A stretch of 63,063 nucleotides of DNA, the filler included, from Bigelowiella natans CCMP2755 (taxonomy: Eukaryota > Protista > Cercozoa): NCBI GenBank assembly GCA_000320545.1. It is 9 parts of 9 records of this genome, joined end to end, with 100 filler letters (N's around TTAATTAATTAA, not from the genome) between each part and the next. Parts side by side here need not be neighbours in the genome. Positions count along the whole stretch, not along the records: positions 1 to 16,230 come from ADNK01001864.1; 8 more parts are not named here. One strand, 5' to 3'. Under the pieces are notes generated by a model. The model ran no database searches, was not told where the DNA came from, and worked only from the letters and a program-made list of their open reading frames with translations. Positions 1 to 14,140 of the stretch are shown in pieces. A program made the translations under genes and the position numbers. Each line of letters starts with the position of its first letter. Position 1 is the stretch's first letter.

Positions 1-38
1 GGCGGGTGGGCGGGGGGGGACCAATTGAATTGCCTGAC

Positions 39-468
39 CTTGTATGTGTTGGTGCGGTGAGCCTTCTGCAGTCGATGTACATCCCTCACGGCCTGGGCAT
101 AGTTCTTCTCCGCCTGTGTGTTGGGGGAGGGGGCGGCGGCGAGGAAACAGCAGTTGTATAAACGACGACGACGATGACTATTTTGATGATGGAAGCCTCC
201 ACAACCGAGCGCTGCACGATGATGCAGGGAAAGGAACGTACGGAGAGAGGGGAGGAGAGGCCGATGCAAGCTTAGTGCTTGGCCATTTTGCTTTTGAAGT
301 ATTATTATAGTATAGTATAGTATAGATTGCGTATGATAGAGCCGTCGTTATGCTCCAATACAATGTATTCGCACCCTCTCCCTGTAATTGCTACCTTGAT
401 GGCCCCCGCTACTTGGTGTTGGAGGTAGGACTCGTGCTTTGGAAGTTTCGCCTTGGCCTATTAAAATA

Positions 469-510
<42 letters not shown>

Positions 511-564
511 AGATGCTGTTGTCATCTTTGCCTCTGCTGTATGTTCAGTTGTATGTATGTAGTA

Positions 565-604
<40 letters not shown>

Positions 605-693
605 GTGTGTGTGTGTGTGGTATTTCTCTGGTGCTGCTGTTGCTGCATGACTTCTTCGCAATCATTGCACGCTACTGCTATAATTTTTTTCTC

Positions 694-725
<32 letters not shown>

Positions 726-884
726 TATTTGCCCCGACCAAATACCTTGTCATCACTGCTATTTTTCGCCTCGTTTCGGAGATTTATGTATTTTTCACAG
801 TTGCGGCACCAGCTTTGATATCTGCATTATGAGGAGGCGTCTAGTATCAGCTATAATTACCAATCACGTCGAAGTACAGTTCGT

Positions 885-921
<37 letters not shown>

Positions 922-2107
922 GCTTATGTTAATTACTGACTTCTTTTTGAGTGAGTTCATATTGCTGCGGGCCCTTTCCAAGTCCTGAACAAACGCAAAG
1001 GAGAGAAGCAGAGAGAGAGGAGGGAGGGGGGGGGGGGGGGAAAAACAAAAAATTGGATCCACCACCAATCATTGTGTACTGATGTTGACGGTGTTCCAAA
1101 CACTGACAACAACTGCTACTACTGCTAATACTACTATTATTACTACCTTCTTGCTAGTCTCGTAGGATTTAATGCATTCTCGTTTTGCAGTGGACTGCTT
1201 GTGCCGCATTTCTAATACATAACAAGCGTAAGCAATTTCGAGCTCATTTCTTTCTTGATCTGCTCTCAAACATGATCTCCATCATCATTATCATACAGAA
1301 CTATCACTGGCACGAGTGTTTCTTCCTTACTAAAAACTAAATGGACAGTTACCAACGAAGGCCTCCCTATCCGTATCCATGATCTGATTTACTTCCTGCA
1401 TCGCCAGCCCTGTGTTGTTCGTCGTCGTTGTTTGTTGTTATAGTTGGTTAGTTGCGACCAATAGACCATATAGAGTGAAAAGCCCGCAAAATCGAAGAAA
1501 AAAAGCGTGGACTCAAATGCAGCGAGAGGAAGTGGTTGATCGGAGCGAAAAGAAGGAATGAAATGCCGAAATCCAACTAACCCATCTTCTGCACACTGTG
1601 CTTGACAGTATCGTATGCTTGTCTTAGCGTGGATGTAGCCTAATAATTGTTGTTTATCGGAGAGTATTAGCACTCAACAATCTCCCATTGCTACTTCACA
1701 GAGGGAGTTTTGGTGTGCTTATTACTCGCAGATGTGCACGGAGTCAATCAAGGGGGGGGGATAGAGTTAGGGTTAGGGTGAAAAAAGATGCGATAAAACC
1801 TCGCTTTCAGGCAACGGATGTTGTTGCGCACGTTTTTCCAGCTCAGCCCCACATTGTTTGAAAGCTGTTTTAAATGTGCACAACGTATGTATAGAAAACA
1901 TATACGAGCGCGCGCGTGCGCGCATATATGAGTGTTAAGAAATGTGACACACCTCTGGCCCACTCGTGGATAAATGCTGCCATAGCCTTCAGGCTTTGCT
2001 TACCTTCCCAAGCATAAGCCACTACGGGCTGTTATGTGGCCAAAACTATCAGTAAATTGTAAAACGTGAACTACACATTAGAGTCCAGCTTCGAACCTTG
2101 TAGCCTT
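39..2107 (-). CDS. F-BAR/FCH-domain-like coiled-coil protein, multi-exon, partial (3' end runs off window; 5' exons uncertain)
   Basis: GT-AG exons join in frame: EGYK|PVVAYAWEGKQSLKAMAAFIHEWAR|AFKQCGAELEKRAQQHPLPESE|ATSTLRQAYDTVKHSVQKM|GLAMQEVNQIMDTDREAFV|DQERNELE...|DLERARSNMNSLKK|YQSWCRNCEK...|AEKNYAQAVRDVHRLQK. The pattern resembles FCH/F-BAR helices. Confidence 0.6.
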
Positions 2108-3303
2108 CTGGAATCGTGGAGAAGTGGTTAATGGCAGGCTGTTGGCCAGGGGCAGACGGGGGGGGAGGAGGAGAAGCCATCGATAACAGCTGTACGGAGT
2201 GAGCGAATGTACGAACGTACTACCCTGAAGAGTGGTAAGACATATCACCGCATGAAATCCACACATTTCTTCGGAACTCGCAAGGAAGCACCATGCTGTA
2301 GAACTTGTTATGTTTATTTTCCAAGGGAAAGTAGAATTTCCTTAATGAAACGTTCTCAAGTATTCATCTATCTTCTGCGGAGTTGCCAAGTGAAATATGC
2401 TCGAGCTTAATTCGTATCGCAAATTTCACAGCACACAAGAAAGGGGAGGACGGGGGCCAGTCACTGCGTAACTACAGCCCCATCTATCCACTTTTGAAAG
2501 TAACCCACATGCGCACCATCACAACATACACAGTCAAGATATGGTCCGCACCTAGACGTGGAGCAACCAACGGGTGGACTGACTGCCGCTAAATAGACTC
2601 GCAGGGGGAGAGCAAAAAGGAGTCGAGGCAGAATGTAAGACCGAAATGCTCTGATGGGAAGCACAAGAATGCGGCATTTTCCCGAATAACAGGCCATCTT
2701 TGATGAAGAGAAGGGAGATCGCCAAGTCGCTTCCGACACATGCCAGACAGTCCAACCAAAGTCGGAACGAAGGGCCGATGAGGATAAGTCGAAATGCAAA
2801 ATTAAATATCGGCGCGTGCAATTCAGACCCTCGATGCCTTTTAAGGATCACGGTGAGAGAAAAGTTCTATCGCGCGACTAGAAATTTCAGCCGAAGTCCG
2901 CCCAAAGTATCATGCATTTTCACAAGCATGGTCATGCTTTCGGAACATAAACACCTTGACTGCGTCACCGACACGGGCTGCTACGTGAGGGAAATGCAGG
3001 AGGTTCGTGATGAGAATTGCCCCGAGAAGTGGTATTTGGAGCGTAAATCGCTATGTCACATCGAGTGAGTTCGAGTATCGGAAAGAAGCAGTTCTTCGGC
3101 ATCGGGATACACCGTTCGTCCGTCCCTGGATAAGCAACAGCTCAGATCCAGCTCCCCCCCCTCCCCCCCCCTCGAGGATTAATTTTTTATCGTGAAACTT
3201 ATTACGGGCTGCAGGTAAAAGGGATGGCGGTTGATGTCCTTCGTAATATGAGATTACTTTGTGTCATCTGGTGGCAGATAGATACACATACTGTCAAAGC
3301 AGA

Positions 3304-4835
3304 ATGGGGACGGAAGGCGCAGCGTCGCTGCCCTCGTTATCTGAGGAGAAGGGAACAAAGGATAGCAGGCTCGAGACCGACAAAGTGTCCGTCATGATCG
3401 GTATGGAGGTGCGGTGCCAGTTTTGGGTGTTGGGGCACCAACTCGATCATATTTACACGTGTCCTTGTAAAATCTACAGTTTCTATCAAATCGATGGATA
3501 TTTTAGGTGCAGGCACTCGATTCATCTTATCCACGTCGGGGCGTTCCTCATCATTGCAAAGATATCGAGCTCTTTTGCAGGAAATTCTCAAATTCGACAT
3601 CGCTTACATCCCAATATCCTCATCCGCAGGCCCCAAAGGTATCTTATGAGTATCTCAGCGACCTATAATCATCTTACAGACTTTCATCGGTGGTTATGAT
3701 ATTTATAGCTCCGATCGACCCAGAAAGATTTTGCATGGCTCTTCGCGGGATGAACTGCATTGGAGGTGACGAGCAAAATGGGAGAGGGAGGGAGGGGTAG
3801 ACTATTCGGCCAAGATCGTAGATAATTCTAATTGCACTCTCTCTCAGTCGCTGACAAGCACGTGTATGGAACATATAAAACCGAAAATAAAAAAAAAGGT
3901 GCCATCAGCAGGAATATTAAGACCTCCGTGGTGCCCTACCTAGACGCTGTCAGTCCAGACGCCAAAGGTATCGGCGTTAACACCGTGATTCGAAAGGGGG
4001 ATAAACTTATAGGCTACAACACGGACGCGATCGGGTTCATGAAGGCCATACAAAGAGGAGTGGCAGAAGCAAATGTAGCAGTAAAACGGGCCATCGTGTA
4101 CGGATATGGGGGGGTGACTAACGTGGTCGTCAGTGTTCTAAAAGACAAGCTAGGCTATGAGGTGAGGCATCAACCGACTGCATTTCCTAGGGATGACGAC
4201 ACCATAGCGATTCAGCTAATTACTACAGCTGGTAATATATATTGAGCTCAAGTGCTGGCTTCTCGTCGACTCCGTTTCAGGTTTATCTCACAGGCCGTTC
4301 ATTCGAGAAGGCGAAGGCTAGGGCCTCTCAACTTGGTGTGAAGAGCATCAATGTTGTCGGTAAAGCTCCAGGTGTGATTCACGCGCATATATGGCCGCGA
4401 ATAAAGTAATTACTTTCCTCTGTAGACCTCATTTCAAATTGATGTTCCTTCAGACACTTCTACACTAGACGGACTAAGCTTCGATCTGCTTGTCAATGCT
4501 GCTCCAGTAACTGACAATGAACTCTCAAAGGCTTCAGGACTACTAGAAACTCTGGCGATGGGTGTTAAGGTGGCGCTCTAGCGTATTATTTATATCGGAG
4601 GAATGATTGAAAACTGATAAGCTTCACGTTTCAGGTTTGCTTCGATCACGAAATGCCTGGTGCGAAGCTGAAACAGTATTGTGCAAAGAACTCTATACAT
4701 CATATTTCCGGCTACGACATGTACTATCCACAAATGTACAAGCAGTGGGCCTACTTCCTCGAGGGACTCGTGGAGGAGGAAACGATCCCTGAACTAATTA
4801 AATCAGCAGAAACTGTGATGAAAAGTTCTCTTTAA
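3304..4835 (+). CDS. aroE: Shikimate dehydrogenase (AroE/YdiB family), multi-exon
   Basis: Motifs ALRGMNCIG|GAISRNIK, GVNTVIRKGDKLIGYNTDAIGF, nucleotide-binding VYGYGG, LLVNAAP, SGYDMYYPQ. Start could be 3224 or 3304. Confidence 0.8.
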
Positions 4836-5473
4836 AATACTTGCTAAGTAACCAACTCAATTTTGTAGCAGGTCAAACGACACGATGCGGTCAGCATGCA
4901 TTGTGATTTCAATGCCTTGTACATCATACTAAGCACGGAAAGCAAGTTTACCCAGCAAGTATATCTGATGCATACTGCTAGATCAATACGGTCACCACAT
5001 GTCTTGCATGTTATAGCTATACGCTCAAGTCTAGACGTGTGTGTGTTCACTCAGTGCTGTCGATCGCAGCAAAAGGTTGTTATTAATGTGCAATAAATTA
5101 CCATGCAATGTACATATGCATCTGTAATAACAATAATGGGGTAGACACTACATCAACTAGCTGCCAGCTGCATTCTTTGTTTCAAAAGTTGGATTTTGTG
5201 TTCTGATTCCTTGTATAAGAGAAGCTGCGTTTCATTCAAAATTCAAGACGTATTAGTGTCAAAATTTTCGCTTGCATTAGTACTTTTTGGGAAAATACAG
5301 GAACTTTGTCACGAGAAACACAATGTGGCAGTTAAACACTGAACTCGGAAGTAGATTAAACTCGGGAATACGAAATACGAGAAAATTCACTGAGGATGCG
5401 TAATAAGAGGCCCGCCATCATTGAAATCAATGCCAAATACAGGTTTATGGCGAGTAATTGATTTCGGGATTGT

Positions 5474-6046
5474 TTAATTTAGGATATCGGAGCCAATGCA
5501 TGAAGACTCGGACAACAGAGTATTAGATGTCTCCTGTTGTGGCTCTTTTGACAAATAGTTGGTCGCCGCTTTAAAGTTTCTCGCGAATCTTCGCTTCTCG
5601 ATCCCTCGTTTGTACGCAGCCCTGGCGATATAAACTATTTCGGGCAAAATAGCAGCAACCACTTTCGGACCTATGATACCTTTACATGAGGAAGGCAGAA
5701 GCTCACGAACCTGTTTAGTTGAAACACATGATTTTCCAATGTGGCGCAGAAGGGAGTTCCCATCAAACCCTGACCGGCTAGTACTTCGACCGATAATGAC
5801 TTCTGCATTCTTTTTGCTGCATAGAGGACATTGCATCTTAATCGGTTTTGAACCAATGAACGGGGGGAGCTTCCCTGTTTTCTTCTCGTCTCCGCTGCAG
5901 CAGAAACTGCACCATTGTCCAGGAGAGTGCTTGCTGCCACATCCTTCACAGATGGAGCTGACGGGGTAAATACTCGCAGCTTTCGACTCGAGCCACGCCA
6001 TATGGAGCCACCCCATCTTGCCAACTTCCTTAGCTTCGAAGTCCAT
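5474..6046 (-). CDS. Hypothetical intronless Cys/His-rich protein (190 aa), possible zinc fingers
   Basis: ORF with CEGCGSKH...WCSFC and CPLC...LLRHIGKSC; lies head-to-head with the MDP-1 gene. Confidence 0.4.
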   Translation of the reverse strand: MDFEAKEVGKMGWLHMAWLESKAASIYPVSSICEGCGSKHSPGQWCSFCCSGDEKKTGKLPPFIGSKPIKMQCPLCSKKNAEVIIGRSTSRSGFDGNSLLRHIGKSCVSTKQVRELLPSSCKGIIGPKVVAAILPEIVYIARAAYKRGIEKRRFARNFKAATNYLSKEPQQETSNTLLSESSCIGSDILN

Positions 6047-6543
6047 CGTGTGCAGGGGGGTTTAGATAGAGCTCACAGGCGTCAAAAGTCGACTCGAAAA
6101 AATGGAGCGTCCGAAAGAATTCCTCCTCCGCATTTCGTTGGCCGATTAATCGCCTTTCATCGTTTTGAGGCTCCTCGAGAGGGTGAAATCCCCTGCGTTT
6201 TCTGCAGCAATCTTTTTTTTTGTATTGCTGGCCGATTTTTCTCCTGAAAATGCAGATATTCAGGCGGATTCGAAGGCAATTTGAGATCGTTCTTGCCGAC
6301 TCTCAATGCGTTTTTTTCCTGCGACAACAATCACAACAATCACAACAATCACAACAACAACAACAACAACAACGACAACAAGCGCAACAGGACGTCGATC
6401 GCTCACCTCCCTCCTCGTGCTACGATCGCAGAACGACGACACAATGCCGTGAGTGGAAACGAAGAGAGAGAAAAAGAGGAGTTTTGTTTCCAGTTAATCT
6501 AATGAAAACTGCGTCGAAGAAGCATCTCTCGCAAGAGAGAATA

Positions 6544-6698
6544 ATGTCGTCGTCAGAGTGGGAACAGGATACAGTGAATTGCTTGTCCAAGATCCATGGC
6601 GACCATCGCCCTGCAGTGGTTATCTTCGACCTGGATTCAACCTTGTGGAATTGCAATGCCGAGGACGTACGACATGTCAACACGGATCACCATAACCA

Positions 6699-6744
<46 letters not shown>

Positions 6745-7018
6745 CGTGTAAATGTCCTGGAATTAGTAGTACGAATTATACTCATAGCAAATACGCATCT
6801 TCTTGGTCTTTTTCCTTTCCTTTGCGGTATTTCTTTACCATATCTACATTTACCAGCTCGCCCTACCCATATCTTTTGGAAAATCGGCACACATAGCGAT
6901 CGATGCAAGGGGTCATTAAATCACTATGGAGCTTTTTATGGGAGATCACTATTCTTCTTTTTGGAAGGGACCTAGTCTGCTACAAAAAATGACTCATAAT
7001 ATACAAATATATACGTGT

Positions 7019-7081
<63 letters not shown>

Positions 7082-9011
7082 GCTTATTAAAACCAGGAAG
7101 GGAAGTGCGAGGATCATCTGAATCTTACGGGGTACTGCGAATCCTCCAAGAACTGGGTGTGTGCGTTTACACAGCTGCGCTTCCATTTCACATATATTCC
7201 GTACAGCACGCGTCTTGTCGTATTCAAATTGCTCATCTTATTATGCTTGTTGAACATCGACATGTACGCGTATGGTTTTTGTTACTTGCAGGTATTATGC
7301 TTGGAATAGCGAGCTGTGGGCGTCGAAGGTCGTGCTTTATGACTGATGACCTGCATACTACTCCGGAACGTTTGTCCGCTTATTCATCATTCACTTCAAG
7401 AATCAAGGAGCTGTGCGGTTCTTCTGTACGTTGCATATGATCACAGAAACCACTCCATGGCCTTGCTCAATGCCCTAGGACTTAACGAATTCTTCGATCC
7501 AAAAAGGATATGCGTCTTCCCGGTGTGAATTAAAAACAAAGTCATCAAAAGAAGGCAGTCGATTTATATCATCCCAACCCATCGACCAAAAAATGCCACT
7601 GTTCCCCCCTCCGTTACGGGTGGAAGCCGAGAGCAAATATCATCGATTCTATGGTTTCGAAGAACCCTTGAGCGATTGAATGCACTCCCCACCAACGACT
7701 ACCATACAACGTGGTGATCGTGCCAAATTTATGATGGAATGATGGGAGATAATTTATATCGACAGGGCTCAAAAGACGTCCACATTCGGAAAATCTGTGC
7801 CGAAATCAAGCAGCCTACGAGAAAGGTACTGCTGCAATAGGCAATACAAGTGCTTGTGTAGCTGGGAACCAACCCGCAGAGAGAAACGATTTGTGTTGAG
7901 ATGGGAACTTTCAAAGATAACATTGACATTCACAATGTAAGCTCCATGACTTTGGTTTTCGTCCTGCGAGACTACTAAAGCTTTGCGGTATGCGGTATAG
8001 GGAAGCTGCGGCGATGATGTCGCAGGGCGGATAATCTTCTGTCCGTAAACATTTTCTCGAAAATTGATCTTTGGTAATGATCATTCAGGCGATTCTGATT
8101 GATGATCTCTCCCACAACCGGGCCGCAGCGAAGAGGACAGGCACTTCCTTTCACTTGCTCCTCAAGTAAATGACACGCCCCACTATTTCTCTCTTAGATT
8201 ATCATCAGCTGTTCCCCTCTGGCTAACGACTAATCTTCTTCTTCTACTTTTTCTTCTTATGCAACAACATTAGGAAGGGTAGTCTGATGTCGAGAGAGGA
8301 TTTGATCGTGGCATTGCAAAATTTTGCGTCGAAAGCGATGCAGCGAGGCTCCTTCCGCAAGTGGTGTGAAGAACCAAAAAAGGGATTTTAAAAAAAAAAA
8401 ATGCAGCCGAATATCCAAAAAGAGGGTGTTGAAGTCAAAGATAAATATGATGTTCTTTATCAGTTGCTTTCATAGAATATTTTCCTGCTTTCCCCTTCTT
8501 CTTCTTCTTCTTCTTCTTCTTCTTCTTCTTTTCCTTCTTCATCTTGCTCCTTCTCCTCCCCCTCTTCCTTGCATGCTCATATGCGGTCTCCTATTGGCTC
8601 AGGTTCACCAAACGACCCGGTGAGAGTAGTAATGACGAAAAGAAGAAGGGCAGCAGCAGCAGCAGCAGCAAGAGCGGCAGCAAAAGCAGCTCCACATCGA
8701 CAGACAACCTCCCCCTTCCTCCTGTTATTAAAAATGATAGAAGCTCGGTTGCAATCGCACCAGCATCCGCTGCTGCAAGGCATGGAAAAGATGGGAATCC
8801 TGTAGGAACATTACCCTCGAAGCACAAACTTACGAGGCCCCAGAAAAGAAAGTTTGTGCCAAAGAAAACCAACGGAAACAGCGTGAAAGAAGTGGCTAAG
8901 AAACAACATATAACTAACTTCTTCCGGCCTAATACGACTACGACTACCACTACGATCACAGCACCAGAAAAATGTCTCAAAGAAGGGGAGGGAGGAGTGG
9001 TCACCGAATAG
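6544..9011 (+). CDS. MDP1: Magnesium-dependent phosphatase 1-like (HAD IIIC) with low-complexity C-terminal tail, multi-exon
   Basis: HAD motif I VVIFDLDSTLW, motif II LGIAS, motif III GSKDVHIRKI and motif IV ILIDDLSHN lie on successive exons. Confidence 0.75.
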
Positions 9012-9891
9012 CCGAGCAGGTAATATATCGGAAAGAATCCGAAGAACAATAGGCCAGCGCCAGCAGTCAACAGAGACTTAGAAACTCTGCGCAATAACCT
9101 AAAAAGCATCACAAACTTTGCCGTCATGCATATGGAAAGTGTTTCAATGAGAGAGAGAGTTTTTGCGCACGCAGACAGATGTGATCGACAATTATCAAGA
9201 ATCGTGGAATTAAGCTGTGAACCGTGTTAGAAAGATACAATGCCAAAAACTGCATGATTCAACCGGTGCGCGATGCTGTGGGCGAGCACTATCTGTGCAG
9301 CATTGCTAGTCCACGTTATTTGTAAGCAAAGGTGATGGGCTGATATGATAGCAAGGCTCATGTGCAACCTCTCTTTCGACAAAGAAGTTAGCAGCTGACA
9401 TCGCGTATCATTGAGGATTATTTTTACATATGGCGTGTTATTAGCCTAGTACATGTCCTTTATTGCATGTACGCTCGCAACTTATAAACTCATGTAAGTG
9501 CTCCATTTCAGCCACTCGTCCTGGTTGTGATGATATCTCCACAATAAGAGTGCTTGCGTCTAGCCATTGGTTTTTTTTTATTGAGTAAGTCGAGAGCGCA
9601 GCGCACAGGCTATGCGTGCAAGTCAAAGCATTATACCTGTGCAAGTTGCAATATATGTATGAAGAGATGTATACGCGTTAAAAATTACAATTAATTGAAG
9701 CTTTATCGTATTATCAACGTGCAATTGCATGGTGGGGTTCCTTTCGTACACCGGAGGAGCTGCAGTTCCCTCCTCGTCGTTGTTGTCGTCATCTCCGCAA
9801 CCACCACCACCACAGCTGATTGGCCTTTAGTAGTGCAGCAGCAGTCGCACTGGTACTGTTCAGTACTGCTAATCTTTTACTTCAACTACTG

Positions 9892-10322
9892 CTACATATT
9901 CATGGCAATGTTCTCCTGCAAGTCATCCTGGCTGCTAGCATAGAACATGTCTAACCGCTAAATGTAGGGGGGGGGAGGGGAAGAGAGGGGACATAAAGTT
10001 GTACATCAGTAAGATATATGTACATGTTTGCACACTTCTCTCGCTACACCGAAAGGCTTAAGACCATAAGAAACGATGATGCGCGGTACTTGATCAGAAT
10101 CGACACACGACCTTTTTGTTCTTGAAAAGCATGAAGCATGGAAGCCCCCTTATCCCAAGTTTCTGTGAATGCGCAGGAGCAGAGAACGCGGCATCAGGGG
10201 GGGGGGGACAACAAGGTTATTCGCACTGACTTTTGCAGGAATCCCTCAGAAAGAAAATTTCAAAAGAAAATACAGTGTGGTACATTATCGCACACTCCAC
10301 ACTCGGTCTTTTCGCAATATCG

Positions 10323-10365
<43 letters not shown>

Positions 10366-10883
10366 ATTCATAGAGGACATGCACTCTTTACTACTACAAG
10401 GCCGAGTAAAGCCGTAGTATAGTTTTGTTGGGTGCCTTCCTCGTCTCCCACTCGCCGTTAATATCATCATGAACGCACACACACCACATTACGCCTTCAA
10501 AACTCCCACAACATGCTTACACAGCCACCATTACTTCTACTTACTACTTACTACTTACTACTACTAGTAGTAGTAGTACTACTACTACTACTACGACTAG
10601 GAACTACCGTCTTTAGATAGTCTTTGTCTACGCTTTCATTCATTCGAACGAAGAAAACCTGGGAATGGCAGGAAGCAGTGGTTAGATGACCACGATATGT
10701 GGTTGGTTGTGGTCAAAGGGCATGCACTCCTGCTCAGTGCAGAGCGATGCAGATATTTCCCAGTTTTATTTCCTGCTCACACTCTGTGCTGTTAGCTAAG
10801 CTGCGTACATCGGGCTGGACTTCGCATTCCTTATCGAATTTCGGCAGCATGAACTTGCATTTCCGACACCCTTTATATAACGC

Positions 10884-10927
<44 letters not shown>

Positions 10928-12439
10928 AAATATTTTCCTTATTTAATGATTAGATTGCCATTTTTGGGGGGAAATGTGTAGCCTTCAAATCTGTCTACAT
11001 TCCCCGAACTCTTTCATAGTAAGGGCCTCCTCATTCTTACACACCGAATGGCGCTACGACATGAGTAATCGTCACTATTAGTTTACGTGTTGTAAGGAGG
11101 TTGACTACTAATGTTGTTGATGATGGGTATGCTAGCTAGTGCTTACAGTCGGCGTAGATCTCCAGAAGAACAAGAGTCTCGCTAGAGTCGTGGAAATCGA
11201 GAATCTGCCCACGTTTCGACGATTAAAACGTACTTCTACTACGATTACATTTAAGGCCGTGGTTGGCACATCTAGGTGACTATACCAAGGTAGTGAAGAC
11301 TTGCTATGCTACTACTACTACTGATGCTAGGCATATCCTGTTTAAAAAATGGGAAAGACGAAAGCAGCAGCACCTTTTCCAGCATCTGAACAGATGTAAT
11401 TTCCTGAGCAGTAATTCGAGGAAAGAATGTTTCCGACAACAAGGGTGGCGAATGAGAACAACTAAGGCCTCTTGCAGAAAAGATTTCTCAACGAACAGTA
11501 TTTGTTACGAAAATGTTATTGACGTTGCGGGAGATAAATCATACCGCAGGGCATTTTCCTTTTGCATCATCCTGGGACGCACATGGCTCGACATTGAAAT
11601 TTAGAGCGGAGGAGGAGGAAAAAGGGAAGCTAAAAAACTAACTCTAGTACTTTTTTGGGGGGGGTTGTAGGAAAAACGGGAAAGTATGAAAAATAGGCAT
11701 CATCAAAAGAGCGCAAACCATCTGTCAATTACAGTGACACACGCCTCGTTCGTATCCTCCTCTTGATTGTCCTGAGAGTCGATATCACTCGAGCGCATTT
11801 GTATCAGGCCACTGCTCTTTCGATGGTCTAAAGGCAGGCGCCTCGCTGGCCAATTTTGCAAGGAAAACGGCCGGAAACCATAGTCTGGCAGGGGGGTAAA
11901 GAGGATGGGTGTTTGATCGATGATGATGATGATAAGAAGAAGAAGAAGGTGGAGGATGCATACAGTGCCCTTATGATAATGGTATCGCCTCCTTCCCACA
12001 TCCATATTGTGTAGGATCAATACGATGGAACACATTCCATTATTGACATCATCATTGGGGTTTGCTTACTTAATAACCACACACAGACATAGTACAAACG
12101 ATACTCGATGATGACGTTTATCTCACATATTCCCCACGTATTACTCGTTGACTGCTTGATGTGTCGAACAGTTGCCCTTCCGCTACCGCTTAAGGGTGCG
12201 ATCCCACAGCGTCTCCCGACCAAAACATTCATGTTCCATGATGTTGGGAGGCGAAGCAGCAGGATTGTTACAGCCGTCAGCGCCGCGGTGGCGATGATGG
12301 TAGCGGCGACAATATATGCCGAACACCAAGTCTTTGGGCTGCATATAAATTTACGGACCCTAATCCCCGCCCTTGTTTGTCGAGCCCCATGCGTAGGGAG
12401 ACTGAGGGAGGAGGGACGGGGCTGCAAAACCATCCCCAT
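9892..12439 (-). CDS. Plastid-type thioredoxin-like 2 (WCRKC active site) with long N-terminal leader, multi-exon
   Basis: Exons give EITSVQMLEK|ILDFHDSSETLVLLEIYAD-W|CRKCKFMLPKFDKECEVQPD|VFFVRMNESVDKDYLKT|KLGIRGLPCFMLFKNKK|RLDMF...NM*. The first exon has a hydrophobic segment followed by an R/S-rich transit-like region. Confidence 0.8.
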
Positions 12440-12824
12440 TATTTTCGGGTAATTAGCTGGATGAAATATCACCTTGAAATCGGCGAAAATAAGAGCATTT
12501 TAAATCTGCGACAACATTTACCACCGTATTTTAGCATGTGGAATTTTTTTGGGTTCTTGTGCGGATCAACGTGAATAATTATGATAAAATTCTTCAGTAG
12601 TTTTTGGTATTATGACGCGGATGTCCTTCTGTCTAACCCCTGAGCCGAGCAACCGAAAAAGGAGGCCACATGACCTAGAATATTACTGATATTGTAGATA
12701 TTTATGGTATATTATTTTTACTATTTTATAAAGTGAACTGCTCAGATTCTGGGACACCAGCATCGACAAATACTCGACGCCGCCCTGCCGTTTAATCTGT
12801 AGCTCTTCCCTGTTTTTCTTAGCA

Positions 12825-13519
12825 ATGTCTTCGCGGCGTGCCTGGGAGCGCCTTTTGGGGATGTTTGACCGCAACGCTATTAGTTGTCTTGTTCCCACCC
12901 CCCAAAAGAACAGATCTAGCGTTTGCATACATGTCACTTCCGCTGTCAACGATGGCACGTGCTTTAGAACCATCAAGGTCGTGCTCCTATCATACCGCCG
13001 GATTCAATCACTCACTATCTCTACGCCATTGATTATGTGCTCTCAAGTAAATTGTCGCTGTGGCTTGATTGCCCCTTGCGTACTGTAGATCAATGAAAGT
13101 AGCCCGGAGAGCGCAACGGACTTCTTCATCCTCAACGCCTGCAGAGCAGCGGTGATGGTTTCACTGTCGTCGTCGTCGGTGCATGATATTTATGGTGACT
13201 GATAATGTATGGGACCATTAAACCAAAAACTGTGCGGCAAAATTCCATCAGGCTGATTACGTGGTGACGACAGGGGAGATTCTGAGAGAAGAGCATGATT
13301 TAAATACAGATATCCAGGGCCAGCATGCTGAGGTATAATAATAATACGAAGTAGCATTCTCGCACATCTGCTTACCGCTCCAGATGGATATCGATGATAA
13401 ATATATCGTAGGATCTTGCTGCGTGGCGAAGAGAGCTGGGGAAGACTGAACCACAGCCCACTACCGTTGTGATGACGAATTCGTGAGGCCACCAGACTTT
13501 TTTACAAAATGACATTGCC

Positions 13520-13550
<31 letters not shown>

Positions 13551-14103
13551 TCTCTTTCTTTCGTGATTATTGATGCCTTTGTTTCATCTGCAGCTCCGAA
13601 CTTGACTTCGAGCACCCCTTATTCCTCCAGGAGGTAGGTCACACAGATGATCCTGATCACGTTGTATCTATTCGTCAACATTTGACGCATGTCATCTGTC
13701 GTTCGTTGCAGGGGAGGAAAAGGATGATTTACACATCGGAATCAACCTATGCCACGCTGCAACGTAGAAGGATTGATCCATCTATCGACTTTCTTGTAAG
13801 GTGTTATCATCACATCATACGAGAGAGAGACGTTGCTGCAAGAATATCAGCTCTGACTTGTTTGTCGACAACCGCAATCAGCAATGCACCGTCTCTTCAG
13901 GGACTCATTCATGAACTCCAGAACCAGCACAAGGACGCCAGTCCATGCACGATATCTGTGGAAGTAGGTTTTGTTGTCGTTATTGCTGCTGCTGCTGCTG
14001 CTGCTTCGCCCTATCACTAGAGTTGCTTAGCCCCTCAGGATGATCGCGTTGTGCTATTCAAAAACAACAACAACAACAACAACAACTTCTACAGCTACTA
14101 CAA

Positions 14104-14140
<37 letters not shown>

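Noticed and set aside
1765-1778. TTAGGGTTAGGG telomere-like pair
   Set aside because: Only two units, inside an intron; chance level.
12600-13500. Apparent minus-strand exons in this interval
   Set aside because: The plus strand gives a coherent RibD-C-like protein, so the minus-strand readings are shadows.
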